This document shows, piece by piece, positions 28,919 to 38,777 of a stretch of 64,000 nt of DNA. Position numbers and translations under genes: made by a program. Position 1 is the first letter of the stretch. Every line of letters starts with the position of its first letter. This DNA is from a virus. The DNA is taken from the IMG/VR virus record IMGVR_UViG_3300025018_000111, positions 49,941 through 113,940 of that record; one strand, written 5' to 3'. The notes beneath the pieces were generated by a model, which did not search any database, was not told where the DNA came from, and saw nothing but the letters and a program-made list of their open reading frames with translations.

Positions 28919-29764
28919 ATGAGCAAGGTTACTGAAAAATATAAGATAGAAAAAGACAATCAGTATGTATTTTTGAACTCTTTAAAATTAAAAGGGGTTC
29001 AAAATGTCTCAGCCTCTTATCAAAAAAATTTATCTTTGGCGGACTATTTTGGTAACAATGAGATCATCCAGCTTCCAAACGAAGAGCCGAATGGCCAATG
29101 TTCAATCAACAGCCTCTATATAACTTCAGATCCGTACATTCAATATACTGGGGATATTGGGACTAGCTTTTCGATATTAAGATCAGTTGGGAGTTATGAA
29201 AATAATTTTTCATTTACTTCTGGTTTTATGGTATCGTATTCTCAGCAATGTGGAATAGGAGAGATTCCGTCAATTTCTACCACTTGGAATTCTTACGGAG
29301 ATATAGGAGGGTTAAGTACAGGAGAAAATATAAATCTATCCACAATCACATCTGGAGATTATTTAGAATTGTCTCAAAATATAGTTGGATACAATGGAAT
29401 TGGGATCTCTATAGATGATTTTACAACCAACAGAGTGATGCAGTATTCCCTGTCTATTCAGTGTCCGAGAAACCCTAAATATGTAGTAGGTCAAATTAGG
29501 CCGAGATATGTTTTACAAACTACTCCGATTCAGATCGACATATCTTTCGAGTACGAAATCGACAATTACGAATTAGATTCTCTGAGACAAGATCCATGCA
29601 ATCCCACTTCTAAGAATATAACTATAACCGCTAAGAATTACCAAACTAAGAATACCATATTGTCATATTCATTTTCGGATATGAAATTGATTTCGGAAGA
29701 TTATTCTTCCAACACTGAATCCTACGTGACCGTTTCTGCTAACTACAGAACTTTTTTAAACTAA
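28919..29764 (+). CDS. tail tube-like paralog
   Basis: GVQNVSASY, GFMVSYS..CGIGEIPSI, VMQYSLSI...VGQ..P pattern shared with 6060; SD AAGGAGAG before ATG 28919. Confidence 0.6.
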   Translation: MSKVTEKYKIEKDNQYVFLNSLKLKGVQNVSASYQKNLSLADYFGNNEIIQLPNEEPNGQCSINSLYITSDPYIQYTGDIGTSFSILRSVGSYENNFSFTSGFMVSYSQQCGIGEIPSISTTWNSYGDIGGLSTGENINLSTITSGDYLELSQNIVGYNGIGISIDDFTTNRVMQYSLSIQCPRNPKYVVGQIRPRYVLQTTPIQIDISFEYEIDNYELDSLRQDPCNPTSKNITITAKNYQTKNTILSYSFSDMKLISEDYSSNTESYVTVSANYRTFLN

Positions 29765-30618
29765 TGCTAGAAGCGAAGAATTGCAATATATCTATCAATA
29801 ATACAGGAATTATGGCACAATCGGTGTCTATAAACTCCTCTAATTCCACTTTTCCGGTTCAGAGCATCGGAAAAAAAGGGTTTTCTAGATATATAGCAAA
29901 TGGCCCGATAACTCATTCCGTTTCAATTGACTATATTTTGAAAACGGATGACGAGCCGAATTACAATATTTTTAACTCAATAAAGTCCCACATTAACTCA
30001 AGCTCATTTCAAAAATGCGATATAGTTATGGGAGGAATATCCGGCTCATTTTATTTGGACTCATATTCTGTAAGTTCCTCCCCTAATAATCTGACGACTG
30101 CTAAAGCAACTTATATTTCATTTGAAGAATCTCTTAGTGGATACTTAAACGATTCTAAAATAACAGACGGAAGTTTGAATTATGTTGGATCTACAACCGG
30201 ATTTTCAAACGGATGGAGTACATACTTTTACGAAAACGAAGAGTTGTCACAAAGCTCGGTTTATGATTTCTCCTATTCATTTAGAGCGTCTTGGGAGCCT
30301 TCTTATGTCATGGGATCTAGGGTTCCGTCTCAGGTTGATTTAATGGAATACTCAGAGTCTATTTCGGTAGTCAGAGACATATATACCAAACCCGTTTTCT
30401 CTGGAGATCCATTATACTTCTCTCAAGATATTAGTGGGAATTTTAATGGAACTAATAGAAATTCCGAACTCAGAGTGTATGGATTGTGGAAGCTTTGTGG
30501 TGGAGATGGTAGTTTCTTAAATTTTTCCCTATCTGGATCAAGCATCACATCTTCCACGGTTAGTTATTCTCTTGGCGATACAATTCTAACAGAAACGACT
30601 GCCTTTAATATCGGATAA
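29764..30618 (+). CDS. tail tube-like paralog
   Basis: AQSVSI...VQSIG, YLDSYSV, DFSYSF...YVMGSRVP two-domain pattern. Confidence 0.55.
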   Translation: MLEAKNCNISINNTGIMAQSVSINSSNSTFPVQSIGKKGFSRYIANGPITHSVSIDYILKTDDEPNYNIFNSIKSHINSSSFQKCDIVMGGISGSFYLDSYSVSSSPNNLTTAKATYISFEESLSGYLNDSKITDGSLNYVGSTTGFSNGWSTYFYENEELSQSSVYDFSYSFRASWEPSYVMGSRVPSQVDLMEYSESISVVRDIYTKPVFSGDPLYFSQDISGNFNGTNRNSELRVYGLWKLCGGDGSFLNFSLSGSSITSSTVSYSLGDTILTETTAFNIG

Positions 30619-30620
30619 TT

Positions 30621-32720
30621 ATGTTCTATACTTTCAAGAATGCAAAAATATCCTTAAACGGAAGAGATTTAATAGCAGAGTCGGCGACTTTATCTCATTC
30701 CGCTTCTGTAGAATCATTTTATCAAGAAGACGAAAGAAATAGCTCTAGATATACCAGTAATAACGGAATAAACGGATCGTTTAGAGTCAGTTACTTTTTA
30801 ACCGGAGAAGACTTTTTAAAGGATTATATAAGTAACGAACTCTCCTTATCTGGAAATTTTGGAGGAATGTATTTTACATCTGGATACCTGCAGTCTTATA
30901 GTATCCAAGGATCTCCCAACTCTCCTTTAAAGGTGGATATAGATGGAGTATTTTTCGATGATATCGAAGGATCTTTTTCTCCTACTTACGAGGACATATC
31001 CAAAACAATTGATTTTTACAATAATTCAGACACCTCTATATCTTTGACTGTAAACGGAATAGGATCTATATCTGAGATAACTTCTTATTCTTATTCAGTA
31101 AACAATGATATTTCTCCAGTATTTTACGAAAACTCCACCGTTCCAGATAGAATATATTTTGGGAGAAGGTCAGTAGAAGCCTCATTCTCCTCATCTAATT
31201 TGTCCACATTATTGGGATTAACTGGAAATGGATGCGAAGCGAGTCTCACATTCTCTAATCAAAACGGAAATTTAGAGTCGTATTCTATAAACGGGATCAT
31301 GTCGTCTAAGGATTATTCCTCCTCAGTAGGAGGGAAGCTATCTTCCAATATAACTATATTGTCTGAAAACTATCAAGATTCCCCTTTTATAACCTCGTTC
31401 TCGCCAGATCCATCTGCTCTATCAGCAGGAGATTCTGTCATTATAAACGGAACGAACCTCTTGAACACAAGAAGACTGGTTTTAGAGGATAGAGAATTTT
31501 CCAGCTACTCTATAACAAATGATTCTGAGATTGTTGCGAGTATTCCATCGGATGCGGTTAGCGGGAATTTTACATTATATACTTACGGTGGATCTTTTAC
31601 CACCGGATTCGCTATGCCAGATGCGTCTATAACTATTTCATCGGTTTATCCGTCTAGCGGAGTGGAAGGAGGGAGTTTCTCGATAAGTGGCGATAATCTC
31701 TATAGAATTTCGAGGGTTAAATTATCGGCGGATTCTTATTCAACAGAATGTGATTTTGAAATTCTAAACGCATCTACTATCAACGCTATTGTTCCAGCAG
31801 ACTTTGGAGGGTACGGACTGTCTGTAGATCTTTATAGTTCTGGATTAGGAAGGGGAGATATATCTGGAAGTTTGGCAAATTCTTTCAATATTCTTCCAGA
31901 GATTGTGGACTTCACCTCTTCGGGATATCCGAATTCTTTGATAGTTATAGTTACCAATGGTCATCAGGGATTCAACAAGATCGTTTTCAACGATGGTCCA
32001 TATTATGAAAATGCTGGAAACATAACTTACGACGAGTTGAGCGGAATTATACCAGAAGGAGATACTTACGGGAAGATCAAGCTATATAATACCGGAGAGA
32101 ATGCGTTTGTTGAATCTCTTGCTAATTTTTATCCAATTGTAAATCCAAGTGGAATCAACCCTACTAGCGGTCAAGTTGGAACTGCGTTTTCAATCACTGG
32201 CCAAAATTTTAATACGGGATTGATGTACAATACCAGTCCCAGTAATTATCTCGTGGACTTTAACGGTGTCACTGGCGAAATGGGATGGGTATCTAATTCA
32301 GGACTAAGTGGGAACATGGTAGATATGCAAACGAGTGGGCCGATTAGGATTTTCTCGAATGACGGAGTAACACTTTATCCAAATAGTGTATCATTTGATT
32401 TTATTCCGCCCGATATAAATCTGACAGGTATAGACAGTTTAACTCTGAGCGGTGACGCATCATCTAACAATAAAATCAGAGTTTTGGGAGAAAATCTCAG
32501 ATATGTCGATTCAGTGTATTTAACTAAAACTAACAATCCGTCGATTGGAGCTAATTATAATATTTTATCAGGAAACGGGACTGGAATAGGAGTCGGATTA
32601 CTTGGAAATACTGTTAGCTTTTATATAAGTGGAGCCGATTTGATGCCAACTGGAACTTATTCTATCTCAGCTTCTGATCCATACTCCTCGGACTCGATCT
32701 CCACATATATACTATATTAA
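30621..32720 (+). CDS. tail tube-like protein with C-terminal IPT/TIG (Ig-like) repeats
   Basis: N-terminal tube-like pattern; PFITSFSP...VIINGTNL, ISSVYPSSG..FSISGDNL, GINPTSG..FSITGQNF repeats. Confidence 0.7.
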   Translation: MFYTFKNAKISLNGRDLIAESATLSHSASVESFYQEDERNSSRYTSNNGINGSFRVSYFLTGEDFLKDYISNELSLSGNFGGMYFTSGYLQSYSIQGSPNSPLKVDIDGVFFDDIEGSFSPTYEDISKTIDFYNNSDTSISLTVNGIGSISEITSYSYSVNNDISPVFYENSTVPDRIYFGRRSVEASFSSSNLSTLLGLTGNGCEASLTFSNQNGNLESYSINGIMSSKDYSSSVGGKLSSNITILSENYQDSPFITSFSPDPSALSAGDSVIINGTNLLNTRRLVLEDREFSSYSITNDSEIVASIPSDAVSGNFTLYTYGGSFTTGFAMPDASITISSVYPSSGVEGGSFSISGDNLYRISRVKLSADSYSTECDFEILNASTINAIVPADFGGYGLSVDLYSSGLGRGDISGSLANSFNILPEIVDFTSSGYPNSLIVIVTNGHQGFNKIVFNDGPYYENAGNITYDELSGIIPEGDTYGKIKLYNTGENAFVESLANFYPIVNPSGINPTSGQVGTAFSITGQNFNTGLMYNTSPSNYLVDFNGVTGEMGWVSNSGLSGNMVDMQTSGPIRIFSNDGVTLYPNSVSFDFIPPDINLTGIDSLTLSGDASSNNKIRVLGENLRYVDSVYLTKTNNPSIGANYNILSGNGTGIGVGLLGNTVSFYISGADLMPTGTYSISASDPYSSDSISTYILY

Positions 32721-32753
32721 AAACCCATCTTTTGGAAGAGGGATTTAGCGAAG

Positions 32754-33485
32754 CTACTTGTTGATCTTTTTCTTGAGCCTTCCCAAGAGTTTAACCCCCA
32801 AGGTGGGCTTCTGAGAATGAAGTTCGTTTAAGTTTTCGGGGTCTTTTTCAAAAACCTCCCCTTCTTTTTTCAATGTCTCAAGGATAAAGGAAAAACTATA
32901 TCCAAGCTTATTCATACAATCTTCAATCATTTGAACAATATTAGAAGAACCGTATTCTTTCTTTACGTGCTTCTTTGCTTTCAGCTTATTGGAGCTATTC
33001 TCTGGAGCGATTTCATCCTTACCACAAACATTGATTTCCAAGAATGTCCTAACGGCACGAGAAAACGCTCGATTCTCCGCACAAGTAGCAAGATACTGGC
33101 CCATAAAGTCATCAGTATTATCGAGATTCGCATCAGCAGTACTTGTATGAACGATTGGTCTTCCTTCCGTTTCAAAGTTTCCAATCCAAGAAATTTCACA
33201 GCTCATAGAAGAGAAGTCTTCTCCTGTGTTGATAATTGGATATTTGATACTATCGTATCCGCGAATCTTCGCTAACCACTTGAAACCAGCAAGATAGATC
33301 AACAACTTATTATCAGGAAGATTGTCGATATCCTCTCCTTGCAAATCAGTATCTTTCACATAGAAAAATTTCTTGGGAAGAGTTTTCCTCCAGTCAATCT
33401 TCCCATATTCATCGAAAACATATTCGATTCCTTTTACAAGTCCGTTTTCGTCCCTTTCTACTTTCTTAATCTTTAATTCTTTCAT
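32754..33485 (-). CDS. putative Rad52-fold single-strand annealing protein
   Basis: IYLAGFKWLAKIRG...TADAN...LATCAENRAFSRAVRTFLEI...DEI resembles Rad52/Sak/Erf-type SSAP core. Confidence 0.55.
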   Translation of the reverse strand: MKELKIKKVERDENGLVKGIEYVFDEYGKIDWRKTLPKKFFYVKDTDLQGEDIDNLPDNKLLIYLAGFKWLAKIRGYDSIKYPIINTGEDFSSMSCEISWIGNFETEGRPIVHTSTADANLDNTDDFMGQYLATCAENRAFSRAVRTFLEINVCGKDEIAPENSSNKLKAKKHVKKEYGSSNIVQMIEDCMNKLGYSFSFILETLKKEGEVFEKDPENLNELHSQKPTLGVKLLGRLKKKINK

Positions 33486-34614
33486 ACAAGGTATAATGTT
33501 CTATATCTTTCCAAAACTCTTTTGTTTTTTTAATTGGCTTGATTTCTTTTGCAAGACCACTCGGCTCAGAATCCAAGTAATGCTGTTCTGATAAGTATAA
33601 TTTTCCTGCGGAAAAAGTCAACTTTTTAGTTTTGAAAAATAGGTCTTTCTTGGTTGGAATTTTTTCTGGAACACCTTTCCATTCAATAATCGGACCATAA
33701 TCAATATACTTCAACTTAGTTTTCTTTAGATCATCCCCAGAAGAAGAGGAGATAAGAAAAACAGTTAGTCCTAATTCAAAACAACTTTTCGCAAATTCCA
33801 TATCGCAGAAATCAACGTGAATTGCCATCTCTCTAATTCTAATCCTGTTTCTCTCAAGCATATCAAGATTGATAGCTTTTTTCGTTACAATACAACAGTT
33901 TCCAACCGCCAGTTGTTTCTCAAGAACGATTTCGTCATGTTCAAGATCCATCCTAACAACAATTGCGTCAATTCTGAGTTTATCAATATCGACGGTCATA
34001 TTGGGAACCATCTCTACAGATTTATTAACGTACCTTTTGCCAACTTGGACTTCTTTAAATGGAAATGTGTTCTCAATATTGAGAAGTTCTAAAACATTGT
34101 CGCTAATCTGAGTAGGAAGTATTTTATTGATAGTCATTTCTTGGTCGGACATTCCGAAAGAACATTTTTTTCCAACCTTGATTTTCCTATAGTTCTTTTG
34201 ACTGCCAAAATACTTTCCAGAATAGCAAGCGTCACTATCCGAAAACAATTGGACAAAATTCTTATCATATCGACCGACAATTTGACACATAAATTCGGAA
34301 GTAGATATCACGAGCATACTGTTTTTTACAAGATATGAAATCTGTCCTATTGACAAATTGCCAAGCAGAATAATCGTATTATCCAATCTTTCGCATCTTT
34401 CATCCCCCATTTGAACAACCTTAATATTGTATTTTTCCAAAGTGGGAACAATTATATCAATAACATCCTGATAGTATGAATAAGATCTGATAGGATCACT
34501 CTCCATGTGAAGAATAATATATTTATCGAAAGGTAACGGAAACAACTCTTCCAAAAGGAAGGGATCTCCAACGGCTATATTGCAGTTGTCTGAAATTTTA
34601 TCTATTAAGTGCAT
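33466..34614 (-). CDS. glycosyltransferase family 9-like protein
   Basis: KYIILH...RSYSYYQDVI...KVVQMG...LSIGQISYLVKNSMLVI...VQLF resembles GT9 C-terminal domain. Confidence 0.6.
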   Translation of the reverse strand: MHLIDKISDNCNIAVGDPFLLEELFPLPFDKYIILHMESDPIRSYSYYQDVIDIIVPTLEKYNIKVVQMGDERCERLDNTIILLGNLSIGQISYLVKNSMLVISTSEFMCQIVGRYDKNFVQLFSDSDACYSGKYFGSQKNYRKIKVGKKCSFGMSDQEMTINKILPTQISDNVLELLNIENTFPFKEVQVGKRYVNKSVEMVPNMTVDIDKLRIDAIVVRMDLEHDEIVLEKQLAVGNCCIVTKKAINLDMLERNRIRIREMAIHVDFCDMEFAKSCFELGLTVFLISSSSGDDLKKTKLKYIDYGPIIEWKGVPEKIPTKKDLFFKTKKLTFSAGKLYLSEQHYLDSEPSGLAKEIKPIKKTKEFWKDIEHYTLYERIKD

Positions 34615-34616
34615 TT

Positions 34617-36545
34617 TTAAAAATCGTTGTCGTTATGAAGATATGTCTTGTCATCCAATCCCTCATCAATTTGGAAAGAGATATCGAAAAGTTTATCATC
34701 AGTTAGATACCCTTCTAACCAAACATTGTTCCTCATCTCCTCAATAAATGGGATAACTTTCTTGATATACGGATTTCCGTTAAAAACATTACTATGTTCT
34801 TTAGGGCAGCTAACATAAATATCATACCCATCGTATTTTTCAGAACAGTTTTTCAACAGAGACGTAACCGCAATCACGTTTTCCAATCCGTGAGACACTA
34901 CTAAAAGAATTCTATAGTCATTTTTAGAATCTTTTAAGAAACTTTTGATATAGTCATCTTTGGATATATTTTCCTTTTCAGATCCTTTGGACGCTGTTTG
35001 TCTAAAGTATGTTTCGATTTCAGCTCTCGGAACTCCCTGATTGATCTTGGTCATCCAGTGGAGCATTCCATCATCGTTAGGGCTAATAATTTGTCCGAGA
35101 ATATTCTCATAAAGACTCATTAACCATTTTTGATTATCTTCAATTTCTGGAACGAAACAATTAGGATTGTGTTTGTCTAAATCTTTAGTAGTGATTCTTT
35201 TTTTAATCAAAGGCATTTTATCAAATTCTGCTAATACCTTTTTCATTACATTATCTGTAGAATAATTTTCATGAACCCATTTCTTAGACTTTTCAACGAG
35301 GGAGTTTTTAAACTCATCACTCATAGAATAAACCTCCATCAATTTTTCAACAATGGATCTAGGATTTGTCGCGGCTTTTGTAAAATTAGACTTAGGCTCA
35401 AACGTGGGAGTCCAGTCTATGCTAATCGTCCCAGAGTCGGGATCTGAACACATTTCCTCGCCACAACTATAATTGGACACCAGAGTAATCAAGCCAGCGT
35501 ACTTTGCCTCCTGAATTGGAATTTCCTGCCCTCCGCTAGTGAATGGGTGACAATAAACGTCCATGACATTGTAAATTTCATTTAGTTGAAATTCGGAAAC
35601 TCCATTCGCAATATTGATCGTATTCTTACTCCCTTTCGCCCCACAGTAAGAACAATCCTGATTTGGCCCATGATAACTTGAGATTTCGTATTTTCTGCAA
35701 ACTGGGCAATAGTAAGTGCAGAGAACATTTTGAGGATTGATTCCGAACTCTTCCATATAAAAAAGAATGTCCCAACCATTTCCTCCAAAATTAGAACCCT
35801 CCTCAAAACAAGTGTGAAGCAGAAGCTTTGACTTTGGAACAATCTTTTGAAATTCTGCGAAAGCCATCAATAACTGAGGAACGCTTTTTCTCAATTGATT
35901 CCTAAAAACAAAACCAATAACATAATCATCGTCAATATTGAATTTTTTGCGAAGTTCGGTTCTTTTTTCTTTTTCTATCGGATAGAATTTGGAATGGTCA
36001 ATCATTCCGTGCATTGTCTTAACATGAGTATGACCAAGACGATGAAGCTCCTTTTCTGCGAAGTTACTCCAAACCCAAAAGTTTGGGATATCCTTTGCTC
36101 TCATTTTGGCGGTTCTGTGAATAGGAAGAGAGTCCAGCGTAGTCCAGATCACGCTATTGATTTCCCTGAACCAACTTTTATCAATCGTATAATCGACTCC
36201 CCAAATGTCCTCAACGCCAACGTAGATATCGGGTTTGAATTCCTTGATTACTTTATCAATAGAGAACCATCCATATCGAATAAGGTCGATAAACCCTTGT
36301 CTATTTTTCTGGTTTTGTCTATTCAAAAATTCATCTACCTCTTGTTTGTTGTCCGGCAATGTTCCAGCACATTTCCAAGGAAGTCTTTTTAACGATGGAT
36401 CGCTATATTTTAATCCAGAGGCGAATTCCATGACCTCGTATTCGCCAGTGGATTCAAGATACTTCAAAACCTCTTTAGCATTCCTACTAAATCCAGTTTT
36501 CAGCATTGAATAAGCGGAATGATATAAAATTCTTTTCTTTCGCAT
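34617..36545 (-). CDS. GT4-like glycosyltransferase with Zn-ribbon insert, DUF4214-like segment and GT9-like C-terminus
   Basis: TGFSR, RNQLRK, CPVC/CSYC, IYNVMDVY..PFTSGGQEIPIQEA, LYENILG...DDGMLHW...GVPRAEI, NPYIKKVI. Confidence 0.8.
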   Translation of the reverse strand: MRKKRILYHSAYSMLKTGFSRNAKEVLKYLESTGEYEVMEFASGLKYSDPSLKRLPWKCAGTLPDNKQEVDEFLNRQNQKNRQGFIDLIRYGWFSIDKVIKEFKPDIYVGVEDIWGVDYTIDKSWFREINSVIWTTLDSLPIHRTAKMRAKDIPNFWVWSNFAEKELHRLGHTHVKTMHGMIDHSKFYPIEKEKRTELRKKFNIDDDYVIGFVFRNQLRKSVPQLLMAFAEFQKIVPKSKLLLHTCFEEGSNFGGNGWDILFYMEEFGINPQNVLCTYYCPVCRKYEISSYHGPNQDCSYCGAKGSKNTINIANGVSEFQLNEIYNVMDVYCHPFTSGGQEIPIQEAKYAGLITLVSNYSCGEEMCSDPDSGTISIDWTPTFEPKSNFTKAATNPRSIVEKLMEVYSMSDEFKNSLVEKSKKWVHENYSTDNVMKKVLAEFDKMPLIKKRITTKDLDKHNPNCFVPEIEDNQKWLMSLYENILGQIISPNDDGMLHWMTKINQGVPRAEIETYFRQTASKGSEKENISKDDYIKSFLKDSKNDYRILLVVSHGLENVIAVTSLLKNCSEKYDGYDIYVSCPKEHSNVFNGNPYIKKVIPFIEEMRNNVWLEGYLTDDKLFDISFQIDEGLDDKTYLHNDNDF

Positions 36546-36569
36546 TTGAATTATTATATCCCAAAATAC

Positions 36570-36607
36570 AAAAAAAAACCGAATTTCTTTCCAGAAAAAC
36601 GGCTTTT
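36570..36607 (-). terminator. putative intrinsic terminator
   Basis: gccgtttttc-loop-gaaattcggt followed by a long T run on the minus strand. Confidence 0.5.
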
Positions 36608-36632
36608 GATTTTTTATATCTTTTAAGTTGAT

Positions 36633-36803
36633 TTAATCTCCTAGCAACTTGTCTCTCTTGTTTGCAAACTGCGTATATGCGCGAGACAAAAGATTCAATT
36701 GCTTTCGCTGCTCGTCATCCCTCAATTCCTGAGAAACCGATTCAGCTTCCTTAAGGATGTTAGAGATGATTTTGTTTAATTGCTCAATTTCGTTGGTCTC
36801 CAT
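36633..36803 (-). CDS. small hypothetical coiled-coil protein (56 aa; not in ORF track)
   Basis: METNEIEQLNKIISNILKEAESVSQELRDDEQRKQLNLLSRAYTQFANKRDKLLGD; fills the gap; TATAAT just upstream. Confidence 0.6.
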   Translation of the reverse strand: METNEIEQLNKIISNILKEAESVSQELRDDEQRKQLNLLSRAYTQFANKRDKLLGD

Positions 36804-36826
36804 GTTTTTCTATATTATATTTTGAA

Positions 36827-37603
36827 TCAAAATGGCACATCCTCGTCTTCGTTATCAGAAGATCCGGTATCAAATTCGTCATCATCGTAAGGAGGATTAT
36901 TGGTTCCTTCTTCCGCTTTCTCTGGAGCCGGAACAGTATTTCTCTGAGTCTTTTGCGCAGGTTGATGCTCACCCTTCCTTCGATTACCCTCTTCTCGACC
37001 GTTAGAATCACTGAATCTATTTCCATTGGAGTTTTTCACGCTACTTGCCAACGACGCTTGGATTTGAGAATCAAAATGAGCGTGAAGAACAGCTTCCAGA
37101 GCTTTCTCTAAAAGCATTACCTCACTTGCTTCAAGAGTCATCGCTACATAGTTCTTGTCTCCAATATCTAATAATTGGAGAGTGAATTGTCCGAATTTGC
37201 AATTCTCGTGTTTTGGATAAAACTTTAAAGACTTTTGAGAGGATGGCGTTTTGTGATAAAAGTTAGCATCATAAGATGTTTTCATCACTGAATCCTTATC
37301 CGTATAATCAATTTTTATATGCTTGATCGCACGTTTTTCTCGAATGCAAGAAAGAATTTCTGCTACTTCGTTTTCATTCAGCATCAACGTGATATTCTTA
37401 GTTTTATCTTCAAAACTATCTTTAAAATACCCTTTATTGTTTTCTTCGTCCCAAGAAGATTGCTTTGTTAATTGAACGAAAACTCCTCCGCTGGCATCAG
37501 GAAGAGTAACCCTCCGTCCATCTTTCATGAAGCTTCGATTTACAGGATTTATAGATAGAGCGGAACCTGAATTATATTTATTTGGTTTGTATAATTTAAT
37601 CAT
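36827..37603 (-). CDS. putative single-stranded DNA-binding protein
   Basis: Low-complexity linker and acidic tail ending DEDVPF; directly after dnaE-C. Confidence 0.7.
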   Translation of the reverse strand: MIKLYKPNKYNSGSALSINPVNRSFMKDGRRVTLPDASGGVFVQLTKQSSWDEENNKGYFKDSFEDKTKNITLMLNENEVAEILSCIREKRAIKHIKIDYTDKDSVMKTSYDANFYHKTPSSQKSLKFYPKHENCKFGQFTLQLLDIGDKNYVAMTLEASEVMLLEKALEAVLHAHFDSQIQASLASSVKNSNGNRFSDSNGREEGNRRKGEHQPAQKTQRNTVPAPEKAEEGTNNPPYDDDEFDTGSSDNEDEDVPF

Positions 37604-37613
37604 CTTTTTTAAT

Positions 37614-38777
37614 TTACTTTACTTGACTTGTTTTTGTCAACACTTTATTTGGAATAATTCCGATATTCTCACAGAACATCGATGTTCTTTCTTTATTCGG
37701 AGATCCTTTGACCACAACTATGTCACCTTTATCTGGAAGTTTCCCATTGTTGGTTTCGCAATTGGATATTTCGTCCTCTCCAACCAACATAATAGTGAAA
37801 GTTCCAAAATCATCGGCGACCTTATATCGTAGATACTTATTGTCTCTTTTTGAAATTCCTATGAATGGCTTCTCAACGATTTCGCATCCGAGTCTGATTT
37901 TCTCACCATTCCCGAATTTCGCTTTCTTGATTTCTGGTATATTATAGACAGATTGATATTTTTTTTCAAGAATTTTCTTCAAAGTATTTGAGAAAGAATA
38001 TCCGAGATAGTGTCTCTCAAAATACCAATTAGAATATCCCTCGTGCTTAGAATTGATTTCCATCATCTTCTTATACTTAAAAGTATTCTTCCTGATCGTG
38101 TCCATTCTACTGGGAGCAACTAGAGGTTTTCCGTTATCCCCTATCTTTTGGGAAATCTTTTCTAGGGCAATATCTATCCTTTCGTCAATATTGTATTGAA
38201 TCAGAAGGTTTTTTTCCTTTGTGAGTTTATTCCAATATTGAATCTCAAAAGAAAATTCATTCCTAGATTTGATGAAATCATCAAAAAATCCACATCTGGT
38301 TAAACTTATGAGAGTGGTGACATCTAGTTTTGCCTCGTTCGCATTCAGAAGAATCTCATATTTGGAGTCAAAGTTTTCTAAAAGTTTATCTAGTTTTTGT
38401 TTCTTTTCTTGTTTGATTCCACGAACGCAAGCAATTCCATGACGGATATTTTTGTCCTCAAGTGAAAAATCAATCTGACTTTTCCCAATGCAAGGAGGAA
38501 GCAATTCTATATTTTCCCCGACCATTTCTCTTTGGATGCTTCCAACTTCGGACTGTTGTTCTCCTTTGTTATTGGTCATTTTTAGATTCCCAAGAAAAAA
38601 CTGAGTTGGGAACTTGTATTTTAAATAGATGGTGATTGCGGTAAGAGCGGAATAAGCGATACTGTGACTGTTGCTCGCCACCAATCCGTTCGCCAACACA
38701 AAATTGTGACAAGGATTATCTACCTCTATATCAATAAGATCCCTCTCTTCGAGTTCTGTGGATTTAATGATTCTCAT
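37614..38777 (-). CDS. dnaE: DNA polymerase III alpha C-terminal half preceded by split-intein IntC
   Basis: IntC MRIIK...HNFVLANGLVASN then SHSIAYS...YLKYKFPTQFF, LLPPCI, IRHGIACVRGI, ERHYLGY, OB fold; true start ATG 38777. Confidence 0.92.
   Translation of the reverse strand: MRIIKSTELEERDLIDIEVDNPCHNFVLANGLVASNSHSIAYSALTAITIYLKYKFPTQFFLGNLKMTNNKGEQQSEVGSIQREMVGENIELLPPCIGKSQIDFSLEDKNIRHGIACVRGIKQEKKQKLDKLLENFDSKYEILLNANEAKLDVTTLISLTRCGFFDDFIKSRNEFSFEIQYWNKLTKEKNLLIQYNIDERIDIALEKISQKIGDNGKPLVAPSRMDTIRKNTFKYKKMMEINSKHEGYSNWYFERHYLGYSFSNTLKKILEKKYQSVYNIPEIKKAKFGNGEKIRLGCEIVEKPFIGISKRDNKYLRYKVADDFGTFTIMLVGEDEISNCETNNGKLPDKGDIVVVKGSPNKERTSMFCENIGIIPNKVLTKTSQVK
38670..38777 (-). mobile_element. 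split intein C-fragment (36 aa)
   Basis: DIEVDNPCHNFVLANGLVASN|S: intein blocks F/G, terminal Asn, +1 Ser. Confidence 0.92.
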
